Shown here: in pieces, positions 1 to 8,821 of the stretch
Layout of the letters: every line of letters begins with the position of its first letter
Position numbering within the stretch: position 1 is the stretch's first letter
Source: an uncultured delta proteobacterium
Lineage (GTDB): Bacteria > Desulfobacterota > Binatia > Binatales > Binataceae
Reading direction: 5' to 3'
Length of the DNA stretch: 64,000 nucleotides
Assembly: GCA_963711565.1 (NCBI GenBank)
Contig: CAVQEQ010000004.1
Coordinates: 192,001-256,000, forward strand
Program-made: the position numbers and the translations under genes
The notes under the pieces: model-generated
Told to the model about the DNA's origin: nothing
The model's input: the letters and a program-made list of their open reading frames with translations, nothing else
Databases searched by the model: none

Positions 1-635
1 ATAATCAACCAGAAGAGAACCGCCGTCTCGTGACTCAGCAGCGCGCCGGTGTAAAGCACCAGCGCGAACACCAGGCCGCGCGACCATCTTTGTCCCGCAT
101 CGCGGCCGATCAGGCAGCATAGCGCGCCCAACTCGAATATCGCCGAGAGCGGTTCTCCGATCGCCGACGCCCACACTACCGCCTCGACGTTGGCGGAAAG
201 CATTCCAAAAATTGCCGCGGTCAGCAGCGCAATGGCCGTGCTGCGAGTGAGCAGTTGCGCGAGCCGGAAGCAAAGCATCACGGCGATCAGTTCGACCACG
301 GTTTTTTCGAGATGCCATGCGGCCGGATGATTGCCCAGGATCATGTAATTCAGCGCGAACCACGTCGCCTGGAGCGGACGATAGTAGGCGCTGCGCGGCA
401 GATTGTCCGGATTGAGAAACCACCAACTGTCGTAGATGAAGGATTTCCCTATTCCCGCCCACGTGTGCAGCAGATCGTTGTCGACGATTTGCAACGGATC
501 GTCGTACACCCAGCCGTTCCGCAGGCTCGGGAGGTAGAGGACTGCGGTCGCAAGCAGGATTCCCGCGAGCATCGCCGCCTCGCGCGGCTCGAGCTTCCGC
601 AATCGCGGCGCGGATTGTTCCGATGATGCGCTCAT
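1..635 (-). CDS. TMTC-like GT-C fold membrane glycosyltransferase (putative protein O-mannosyltransferase); 3' end runs off the window
   Basis: Not in the ORF track. Hand translation from ATG 635: MSASSEQSAPRLRKLEPREAAMLAGILLATAVLYLPSLRNGWVYDDPLQIVDN...AYYRPLQATWFALNY...HPAAWH...NVEAVVW. TM1 followed by a DD motif, then YRPL and EAVxW motifs typical of TMTC/GT-C proteins. Confidence 0.75.
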   Translation of the reverse strand, partial: MSASSEQSAPRLRKLEPREAAMLAGILLATAVLYLPSLRNGWVYDDPLQIVDNDLLHTWAGIGKSFIYDSWWFLNPDNLPRSAYYRPLQATWFALNYMILGNHPAAWHLEKTVVELIAVMLCFRLAQLLTRSTAIALLTAAIFGMLSANVEAVVWASAIGEPLSAIFELGALCCLIGRDAGQRWSRGLVFALVLYTGALLSHETAVLFWLI

Positions 636-802
636 TGAGAATAGTCCGGCCGCTTCGCTCGGCTACGCAAACTTGCCAAATGCGCCAGCATCCGCAACGC
701 CGGCACTACGATGCTCAAATGGGTTTCCATCGCGGCGATCTGAAAAGCGAACGGCAGGTCATTGCTGGCCCGCCGTTCGGTTTCAACCACGCAAACGAGC
801 GC

Positions 803-1639
803 TCAGTGCGTGGCGGGTACGGCGGGCGCCGCCGGTATTGCCGGCATCGCCGCCGAAGCTTGCCCTGCCGGCGCCTTGCCCGACGTTATTACTTTGCCGG
901 GCAAACCAACCGCGGGCACCTGACTCTCAACATAGCCCTTCGGCACGACGAAGGTATCGGCCGGGAGGTCTTTCACCTCGATATTCGTCACCGTGGTGGT
1001 GACGACGAACGGTTTGATTTTGTCCATCGCCGCCTCCATCTTGGCCGCGATGTCCGGCGGCATTTTGGCCGACAGCTTGATCTTGTTTACGAACCGGGCG
1101 CTGATCGACAGGACCGGGATGCCGTCGATCGGGTCGCCCTCGGGCGCCATCGACTTGATCTTGTCCGCCAGCGCCTTTTGATAATCGGCGAACTCTTTGG
1201 CGCCGGGAGCGCCGCTCGCCACGCATTGAGTCAGCCTGAGGGAGCTTTGAGCGGCGGGCACGACGTTGGTGTAATCCTGACAGTCGTATCCCGCCACTTT
1301 ATCCATGCGCGCGGTCTTCTTCAGGCCGACGACTAATTCCGGGCGCGCGATCATTCGCTCCGGACCCGAGATCGGCGGAAACGGAAGCTCCATGTACGCC
1401 TTCTTCTGCGCCAATACGTAATACATCTTGCCGGCGTCGAGATCGGTAATGTACTCGCGCTCGCCGACCACCAGTTTTTGCTTGTGACCCTGGATCATCA
1501 CCGTCTGCTCGGTCTTGTGCCCCGCCGGCTGGTTGCTCTCGGTTACCTCCTGCGTGATCACGACACCCGCCGACGCGGTAGTGGCGGCCAGCGCGAGGAC
1601 AATCGCACCGGCCGCGGCTACTGTGGATTTCATACCCAT
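803..1639 (-). CDS. secreted DUF4412-like protein
   Basis: Signal peptide (ASA-G), KVAGYDCQDY motif, DLPADTFVVPKGY C-terminal motif; GGAG RBS. Confidence 0.7.
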   Translation of the reverse strand: MGMKSTVAAAGAIVLALAATTASAGVVITQEVTESNQPAGHKTEQTVMIQGHKQKLVVGEREYITDLDAGKMYYVLAQKKAYMELPFPPISGPERMIARPELVVGLKKTARMDKVAGYDCQDYTNVVPAAQSSLRLTQCVASGAPGAKEFADYQKALADKIKSMAPEGDPIDGIPVLSISARFVNKIKLSAKMPPDIAAKMEAAMDKIKPFVVTTTVTNIEVKDLPADTFVVPKGYVESQVPAVGLPGKVITSGKAPAGQASAAMPAIPAAPAVPATH

Positions 1640-1776
1640 TGTTCTCCTTTCAATTTGCTCAGTCTGCGATCAATCGACAAGAAATATCAGTTTGGACCCC
1701 GGCCGGGAAAGTGCCGCAGTGAGCCGAGATTGGAGCCGCAGGCACGGCGGCCTGCGCCACTGGAGAAAGCGGCCCA

Positions 1777-2580
1777 TCAATGCTGCGACGATCCCGCCGC
1801 GCCCGGCGCTGCAGGATTCTTTGGCGCCACCTTTATGAGATGAGGCGTCATCTCCCGTGATTCACCCTTCGTGTAGCCGGCGGGGACGGCGAATACGTCA
1901 GCCGCGAGATCCTTCACCTCGATTTTGGTAACCGTGGTGATGTTCGTGACCGGTTTGTAGCGCGCCAGACCGGCATTGATCCTCGCCGCCTGCTCGGGCG
2001 GAAATCCGCGCGGCGGCACGAACGGCATCGTCGTCCGCGTGATGCCGGATGACAGCGGGATGCCGTCGGGGATTTGGACTTCAGGCGTCGCCGGCGATCG
2101 CTTGAGCCTGGCCGCCTGCGCCTTTTGAAACTCGACGAACTCGCGCGCGCCGGGCGCATCGTGCGCTACACACTTTGTCACCATGAGATTCTGGCGAGCG
2201 ACGACGGCGGAGCCCGCGTAATCGTCGCAGGCGTATCCCGCCACCTTCTCGCTGATGGCGGTCTTCTTCAGCTCGATGAACGATCCTTGCCAGATCAATC
2301 TGACCGAAAGCATTCCGGCGGGGACCGCGAAGTAGCGCCGGGTATCCGTATTGATAACGGTAGTCGTGCCGGCATCGAGGTCGCTGAGGAACTCCCGGTT
2401 GCCCTCGATGACCGCCTGCTTATGCCCCTGGATCATCACGGTCTGATGGTCGGTCCTGGGCGCTGCGGTATTGTCGCTGACGACTACATCCTGCGAAATG
2501 ACGACGCCGGCCGAGACGGTGGCGGCGCCGGTCGCGAGGGCGAGAGCGAAGGCCGCGGCTAATCCGGATTTCAGACTCAT
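1777..2580 (-). CDS. secreted DUF4412-like protein (tandem paralog)
   Basis: Start reset to MSLKSG (ATG 2580). Shares GVVI, QTVMIQGHKQ, KVAGYxC and DGIP motifs with 803-1639. Confidence 0.7.
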   Translation of the reverse strand: MSLKSGLAAAFALALATGAATVSAGVVISQDVVVSDNTAAPRTDHQTVMIQGHKQAVIEGNREFLSDLDAGTTTVINTDTRRYFAVPAGMLSVRLIWQGSFIELKKTAISEKVAGYACDDYAGSAVVARQNLMVTKCVAHDAPGAREFVEFQKAQAARLKRSPATPEVQIPDGIPLSSGITRTTMPFVPPRGFPPEQAARINAGLARYKPVTNITTVTKIEVKDLAADVFAVPAGYTKGESREMTPHLIKVAPKNPAAPGAAGSSQH

Positions 2581-2592
2581 CGCAATCCCTGC

Positions 2593-2628
2593 AACCTCAC
2601 CCCTCTCCCTTTTGGAGAGGGGGAACAA
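2593..2628. repeat. REP-like CCCCTCTCCC/GGAGAGGGG hairpin (family C, copy 1)
   Basis: aacctcacccctctcccttttggagagggggaacaa; related copies at 20041 and 58581. Confidence 0.6.
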
Positions 2629-2644
2629 AATTTTGCCGGAAATG

Positions 2645-2676
2645 CGGACGGCGGGCCCTTGGGGGCCCGCCGTCCG
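2645..2676 (-). terminator. GC-rich hairpin, probable terminator of the 2726-4519 gene
   Basis: Perfect 14-bp stem cggacggcgggccc-ttgg-gggcccgccgtccg about 50 bp after the stop; weak U tract. Confidence 0.6.
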
Positions 2677-2725
2677 GTTACTGTCGTTCAGTTGAGCTGA
2701 TGCTCCGCTACTTCACCCATCGCCC

Positions 2726-4519
2726 CTAGTTCTTGCAGGTCAGAACGATCGGGGTGCTGGCCTGCGCCGGATTCGGGCATGCGCCTACGCCGGTCGGGGC
2801 CGTCTGTGACGCCGCGAACAGGTCGTAGGTGTCAACCTCTGCCGTGCAGCTGCCCGCATGGAAGCCAGTGCAGCAAGCATAAGGCGCGCCTGCACCTGTG
2901 CAGGAGGTGGACTTCTCAGCCGCCGCCGTGCAAGTGCAATTGGCCGCCCATGGGGAGCTCTGCGGTCCGTCGCCCTCGGACACTACGCCCGGAACGCTCA
3001 GGCTCAGAGTGCAAACGCCCGTGGTGCTTCCGGTAACGCCGGTGTGAACCAGCTCGCCGCCGACCGTGCAGGCGCCTTCGCTGGTGTTGGCGACTGTGAC
3101 TGCGATCGACTTAGTCTGCGGAAACGTCGGACCCGTATCGGTCTCGGACGCTGGCGATGCCTTCACCGCCACCGTGCCCGGAACTGCGGATTCCTGCAGA
3201 CCTGTGCAAGTAGCAGTTTCGCCCGGAGGCAGGTATGCGCCACCGAACAGCGCGGGACTCGCAACGCCGGTCACGATGGTGAACGTGTTCTGGTCAGACG
3301 TTCCCCACAGTACCGAGCTGTTGACCTCGTCCGCGCCCACCGCGCTGCCGCCAGCGCAGTCGCCCGTGCCGGTTGACGTGCCCACGCCGGTGCAGCATGA
3401 GAGCGGAGTGCCGGCGCCCGTGCAAGCAGCGGCGGGAACGCCCGCATCTGCGTCACGGCAAACTGGCGTAACCGCTACGGGATAGTCCTCGTCGTAGAGG
3501 GCCGCCTGGTTGTTGGTCGTGCCGTCGCCGTAGGCCTGGAAGTTCTGCTGCTGGAAGTCGCAGTCATAGTTCGCAATGCCAGTCGTATTGCCGATGTCGT
3601 CGTTGCTGTTGAAGGTCAAGCTGCCGAAGGAGTAACCGTTCCCGAATTCAGTCAGCGAACCGGAAGTAGCGCCGTAAGTTCCGGTCGGCTCGTCCTGCTC
3701 GGTTGACTGTCCGGCTGCAACCAAGTCGCTGCTGTTGCCGCCGAAGCCGGTGCACAGCGTTGCGCTCTGACCAATATACGGCGCTTCGCCAACGACGGTC
3801 GGAACCGGGTTCAGCGCTACGCTGGTCGCCTGCCGCTGTCCGACGAAGCTCAGCACCGGTCCAAAAGGCGGAGTCGGTGAATTCGGTCCGCAGCCGGTAA
3901 CGGGATCGTAAGGATTTTCGCACGTTCCCGGAGGATTCGTGGAGGTCTCCCCGGCGCCGCTGCCGCCCTCAGGAATATTGCTGTTTCCTTCCAGGGTCGC
4001 GCCGCCCGCTGCTGCAAACAAGGTGAAGCTGAAAGGCAGAGGGATATCGGCTGAATTGCCGACGCCGACTACCGCGGGGAAGTTCATCACAAACGCGACG
4101 GTCGCGCTCCCGTTGGGTCCCGGTCCAACTCCGCCGCCGAGGATGTGGTCCATGCCGTCGAAGCACGGAACGGTGTTTTCCAACGACGTGATGCTGGGGC
4201 AATTCTGCGGCCCACCCTGGAACGTCTGGTAATCGTTATCCAGGTAGATCATTTCGCCGCTGATGATCGAGCAGCTCTCGGTTGCCGCGGTGTAGGGTCC
4301 GAATTCCAGCACGCCAACTCCCGAGACGTAGTTCAGCGGATAGGTGGCGGCAGTCGTCGTCGCGGTGACGGGCTCGTCTCCAGTGACCAGGAATGCGTAC
4401 TTATGATTGGCCGTCGCGGTACCGCAGATGTACGACGGCAACGTCGCTGCGTTGGCCATCGGAGCAGCCAGCATAGCGAGGCCGCTCACCATTAAGAGAC
4501 CTAGAAGAAATCTTTTCAT
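2726..4519 (-). CDS. secreted Cys/Gly/Thr-rich hypothetical protein
   Basis: Start reset to MKRFLLG (GGAGG RBS). Signal peptide ANA-A; two CTGAGxPxxCCTG motifs. Confidence 0.75.
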   Translation of the reverse strand: MKRFLLGLLMVSGLAMLAAPMANAATLPSYICGTATANHKYAFLVTGDEPVTATTTAATYPLNYVSGVGVLEFGPYTAATESCSIISGEMIYLDNDYQTFQGGPQNCPSITSLENTVPCFDGMDHILGGGVGPGPNGSATVAFVMNFPAVVGVGNSADIPLPFSFTLFAAAGGATLEGNSNIPEGGSGAGETSTNPPGTCENPYDPVTGCGPNSPTPPFGPVLSFVGQRQATSVALNPVPTVVGEAPYIGQSATLCTGFGGNSSDLVAAGQSTEQDEPTGTYGATSGSLTEFGNGYSFGSLTFNSNDDIGNTTGIANYDCDFQQQNFQAYGDGTTNNQAALYDEDYPVAVTPVCRDADAGVPAAACTGAGTPLSCCTGVGTSTGTGDCAGGSAVGADEVNSSVLWGTSDQNTFTIVTGVASPALFGGAYLPPGETATCTGLQESAVPGTVAVKASPASETDTGPTFPQTKSIAVTVANTSEGACTVGGELVHTGVTGSTTGVCTLSLSVPGVVSEGDGPQSSPWAANCTCTAAAEKSTSCTGAGAPYACCTGFHAGSCTAEVDTYDLFAASQTAPTGVGACPNPAQASTPIVLTCKN

Positions 4520-5150
4520 ACGTCCTCCCGAAACATTGAGTAAGATAGAAACCATTTTGAATCCCATATCCCCAAGTGCGCGTGTCCGTATCCGAAGGCC
4601 TGTGCTGCGCCCGTCAAACCTCCTTTCTCACGACGCCGGCGGACTCTACTGCATTCCGCACGACACCGAAATAACCCTCCTTATCCAGTCCCCAACTCGC
4701 GTCCCACTTCCCGCTTGCCCGCCGCGCCTTCATTTGAATCCCGCGATAACTCTCCGATTCACATTGGGAGAGACGGGTTTGCGCTACCGCGGAGCACGTC
4801 TGAGTCTCAAATCGGGACGTACTAACGAGGCACACTCTACTCAGATTTCGAGGAAGGCGACCATCAGGATTGCACCAAAAAGCGTCCGATTATGTGAAAT
4901 AGCAATTTGTGAGCAGTTATTTTGGAACATCCTGACCATGAAAAGGCGAAATGCGGGGACGGCGGCGGGGAATTTTGTGCTCTCAAGCACCTGCTAACAA
5001 GGTGCGCGCTTGACAAATTTAGATAAGGCGGGCTACGTTCGCGTGCGGTTTTGACATTTGCGCCTATTGCGGCAGGGGCGTGCGACGTACAGCACGAAAA
5101 GCAGCACTTGGCGAATGTCGGACTCACGCACGTAGGGAGGAATCTGGAAA

Positions 5151-8100
5151 ATGCTGTTTAAGTCGTCCACGCGGTCCATCGGCGGCCTCGCGTTCTCGTT
5201 GTTGTTCATGCTGACCGCGACTGCGGGCTCGGCGTTTGCGGATGCTCATCCCAAGCTGAGGTTCAGTCCCAAGGAGCCGCTCAAGTTCGGCGAAGTGGTC
5301 GTTGGTACCACGAGCGCATCGCAGACCTTGACGCTGATTAATGAGGGCCAGGACTTCGCAATTTCGTTGCGCAGTCTAACAGTCAAGAAGCCCTTCGCCA
5401 TCCTCTATAGCAACTGCATGCCCGGCATAGCGGCGGGCGCCAGCTGCGAAGTTGAAATCGAATTCAAGCCGACCGTCCAGGGCGCCTTGCAACTTACCAA
5501 GGGCTTGACGGTAACCGGCTCGTTCAAACAAGGCACTCTGTATTACAAACTCAACGGTACCGGAATCGGCGGAACGGTCCCGACCCCGACTCCGACCACG
5601 ACAATAGCTCCAACCCCGACGGCAACGGCAACCTTGACCGCAACCGCAACGCCGACGGTAACGGCGACCTCGACGCCGACTACAACGGCAACCTTGACGC
5701 CGACCACGACGCAAACGCCGACCCCAACCGTGACCACCACCATCACCCCGACCGCGACGCCGACCACAACGGCGACCTCGACCGCAACGACAACGGCAAC
5801 CTCGACGCCGACTACGACGGCAACTTCTACGGCCACGACAACTGCAACTTCTACGGCGACGACAACTGCAACCTCCACGGCGACGACCACGCCGACCTCA
5901 ACGGCAACGTCAACGACGGGTGCAACTGCAACTGCAACTTCAACCAGCGGCCCCACGGCGACGGCAACCACGACCGCAACGTCAACGCCGACAGTGACCG
6001 CAACCGCGACTCCAACCACGACGGCAACGTCAACCGCGACTACGACGGCGACTGTCACGGCAACGGCGACGGCTACTACCACCGCGACTGCCACCACCAC
6101 CGCGACCGCAACAGCAACCGGAGGGGCGCCGACGGCGACCCCGACGAGCACGCCGGGACCTGAGGCCGGAAGCATCCTGATCGCGGGCGGCGACATCGGC
6201 GGCAAGCTGGAAGGCGTGCTGGAGCTGGCGACCTCGACCGTGTCGAGCGCCGCGGCACAGGTGTTTAGCACCGCGACCAACAACTTCACGGCGGTTGGAT
6301 CGCTCAACATCCCGCGCGAATCGTCGGCGGCAGTTGCGCTGCCCAACGGCGAGGTCCTGATCCTCGGCGGCAACAGCTGCAACTCGGCAGCGTATGGCGC
6401 GGCGACGACCGGCGCCTTCCTGTGCACCGGGCTGTCGAGCGCGGAGCTCTACAACGAGAACACCGAGTCGTTCACCTTCGCGGGCACCTCGTTCGGCGAT
6501 AACCCGAGCGGCGGGATGACGATCGCCCGCAGCGGCCCGAGCGCAACCTTGATCGAGGGCAGCGGCACGGCGCTGGACGGCCAGGTACTGATCGTGGGCG
6601 GTTCGACCGGCATCACGTTCACGTCGGCCACCGCGCAGCCGGGAGCGCCGGGCCAGACCGCGCTCAATACGGCGGAGTTGTACAATCCGGCGACGGATCA
6701 ATTCACCGCGATAAGCGCGGCGGTTCCGGGATGCCCGGCGGGTGAGTCGCCGGCAACGACGCCGGCCTGCACCGACGCGCTGCCTTCGACCTGCGCAGAG
6801 CCGACGAGTGAGACTCCAATCACGACGGCCACGGAAAGCGGAACGACCGTGACGATTACCACCAGCTCGCCGACGCCGGGCCTGACGATTGGCAGCAGCG
6901 TTGTAGTCGCCGGCGTAATCAACCCGGTTACCGGCGCAAGTATCGCCGGCTACAACAGTGTCTTCACCGTAACCGGCATCTCGGGGAACACGTTTACCTA
7001 CACGGCCGCGACAGGTTTGGCCGCGGGTAGCGGCGGCTTTGCCTCGGCCGGTAACATCCTGTCGGCATCGGAGACCGGATCGACTGTAACCGTCACCACC
7101 ACGGCGAATCCGCCGGGCTTGCTGGTGGGTAGCAACGTTACGATCTCGACCGTAAAGATCGGGACCTCGTTTGCGGCTAACGGCTACAATGGGGAGTACG
7201 CCGTGAGCGGCATCCCGTCGAGCACTTCGTTCACCTACACCCCGACCGGGGCTCCAGCTCCGATTACGTCGACCAGCGAAAGCGGAACGACGGTAACGGT
7301 CACCAGCTTGGCTAACCCGGCAGGCCTGGCCGTTGGTAACTCGGTTGTAATCGCCGGCGTAAGCGTTGCCGGATACAACGGAACCTTCACCGTACTCACC
7401 ATTACCGGCACCACCTCGTTCACCTATACGGCGGCGTCGGGATTGAGCCCCGGAACGGGTGGAACGGCGGCAGCGGCCACGCAAGGCTTGACGGCGGCGT
7501 CAGGCGGCGGAGCGTCAACGGCCGACACCTTCGAGTGCGGCATGGTGGACCAGGGCGCGGCGGTGATCCCGGGCGGCAGCGGCGATGTACTGCTGGCGGG
7601 CGGCGACTTCGTCTCCTTCCTGGGTGAGTCGTCGAACTACTCGTTCATCTTCAGCCCGTCAACGCAGACCTTCGCGAAGACCACGGGCAACCTGACGACG
7701 CCGCGCGAGCTGGCGTCGCTGGTAGCGATTCCGTCGGAAGGCACCGTGGTATCGTTCGGCGGAGTCGAGGCCAATAGCGCGGCCTGCCCGGTCAACAGCG
7801 GCGAGATCGTCGTGACCACGCTGACCTCGGCGGAAGTGTACGATCCAGGCACACAGACGTGGGGCACGACCGCCAACAACATGGCTGTGCCGCGCGCAGT
7901 TACGGCGACGCCGATTGTGACCGGCACGCTGGCGGGCGACGTGATCCTGCCTGGCGGTGTCGATGTGGAAGCGGGCACGCTGCCCTCAACCTGCGTCGCG
8001 CTGACCTCGCTGAAGCAGACGGCGCAGTCGGCGACCGATCTGTACGAACCGGGCACGGGCACGGGCGGTACCTTCGTCGCGACCGGCGCGCTCAATCAGC

Positions 8101-8627
8101 CGCGTGAAGGGACGTCGCAAGGCTTCATCGGCGCGGGCACCGATGAGACCTTCATGCTGGCAGGCGGCGGCGCGTGCACGCAGAAACCGCCGAGCCTGCA
8201 GTCCGCACCGGTCGGCACCGCAACCGCGGAGACCCTCTGCGGCGCCACCAGCGCGGAGACCGATTTCTCCGAGCTCTTCAACCAGTCGAGCGGAACCTGG
8301 GCGGTGGGACCGCAATCGGCCGGCGGCATCACAACCGCAGCGATCGCGTCCGCCAGTGAGAGCGGGAACACCGTGACGATCACCATGTTGACGGCGAACC
8401 CGGTGGGCCTGGCGGTTCGTGCGCCAGTTACGGTTACCGGCGTAAGCGTTCCGGGCTACAACAGCACAGGCACAGGCACCAGCCCATCCTCGTGGGTCGT
8501 CAGCGCCATTCCGAGCGCCAACACGTTCCAATACATCAACCCCACCTCGGGATTGGCCAGTGGAACGAGCGGAGCTGCACTAGCCCTCTCAGCCGCCAAC
8601 TCGGCAGCCACGGCGGTGTTGCCATAG
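5151..8627 (+). CDS. large secreted protein: ASH/choice-of-anchor-D domain, Thr/Pro/Ala linker, Kelch-like propeller with four inserted beta-rich repeats
   Basis: GGAGG RBS, signal peptide, LKFGEVVVG...LNGTG domain, about 190 aa T/A/P linker, Kelch-type ILIAGG/VLILGG/AELY motifs. Confidence 0.8.
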   Translation: MLFKSSTRSIGGLAFSLLFMLTATAGSAFADAHPKLRFSPKEPLKFGEVVVGTTSASQTLTLINEGQDFAISLRSLTVKKPFAILYSNCMPGIAAGASCEVEIEFKPTVQGALQLTKGLTVTGSFKQGTLYYKLNGTGIGGTVPTPTPTTTIAPTPTATATLTATATPTVTATSTPTTTATLTPTTTQTPTPTVTTTITPTATPTTTATSTATTTATSTPTTTATSTATTTATSTATTTATSTATTTPTSTATSTTGATATATSTSGPTATATTTATSTPTVTATATPTTTATSTATTTATVTATATATTTATATTTATATATGGAPTATPTSTPGPEAGSILIAGGDIGGKLEGVLELATSTVSSAAAQVFSTATNNFTAVGSLNIPRESSAAVALPNGEVLILGGNSCNSAAYGAATTGAFLCTGLSSAELYNENTESFTFAGTSFGDNPSGGMTIARSGPSATLIEGSGTALDGQVLIVGGSTGITFTSATAQPGAPGQTALNTAELYNPATDQFTAISAAVPGCPAGESPATTPACTDALPSTCAEPTSETPITTATESGTTVTITTSSPTPGLTIGSSVVVAGVINPVTGASIAGYNSVFTVTGISGNTFTYTAATGLAAGSGGFASAGNILSASETGSTVTVTTTANPPGLLVGSNVTISTVKIGTSFAANGYNGEYAVSGIPSSTSFTYTPTGAPAPITSTSESGTTVTVTSLANPAGLAVGNSVVIAGVSVAGYNGTFTVLTITGTTSFTYTAASGLSPGTGGTAAAATQGLTAASGGGASTADTFECGMVDQGAAVIPGGSGDVLLAGGDFVSFLGESSNYSFIFSPSTQTFAKTTGNLTTPRELASLVAIPSEGTVVSFGGVEANSAACPVNSGEIVVTTLTSAEVYDPGTQTWGTTANNMAVPRAVTATPIVTGTLAGDVILPGGVDVEAGTLPSTCVALTSLKQTAQSATDLYEPGTGTGGTFVATGALNQPREGTSQGFIGAGTDETFMLAGGGACTQKPPSLQSAPVGTATAETLCGATSAETDFSELFNQSSGTWAVGPQSAGGITTAAIASASESGNTVTITMLTANPVGLAVRAPVTVTGVSVPGYNSTGTGTSPSSWVVSAIPSANTFQYINPTSGLASGTSGAALALSAANSAATAVLP

Positions 8628-8657
8628 CTGGGCACGTCCAAATTGCCTGACCTAACC

Positions 8658-8693
8658 GGCGACGCCGTTCTCCTTCGGGGGAACGGCGTCGCC
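8658..8693 (+). terminator. rho-independent terminator-like hairpin
   Basis: ggcgacgccgttctcc-TTCG-ggggaacggcgtcgcc: 16-bp stem, UUCG tetraloop, 30 bp after the stop. Confidence 0.7.
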
Positions 8694-8821
8694 GCATCTT
8701 CAAGGACCACGGGAGTATCGGTGGACCGTGAAATCAGAATGCAAAAAGGAGCTTTCGCGCGCGTTCGCCCCCAGCTAGACTCTTTGGTACGTTTTACTAC
8801 CTTTAGGGAAAGTTTGAGCGC

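Noticed and set aside
5575-6155. Repetitive ACN-GCN-CCG DNA resembling a tandem repeat or CRISPR array (also 11290-11635, 37630-38070, 63720-64000)
   Set aside because: In-frame Thr/Ala/Pro linker coding with variable third positions; no constant repeat-spacer structure and no cas genes
5543-6427. Long Val/Ala-rich antisense ORFs (also 11272-11847 and 37565-38122)
   Set aside because: Shadows of the Thr-rich linkers on the opposite strand
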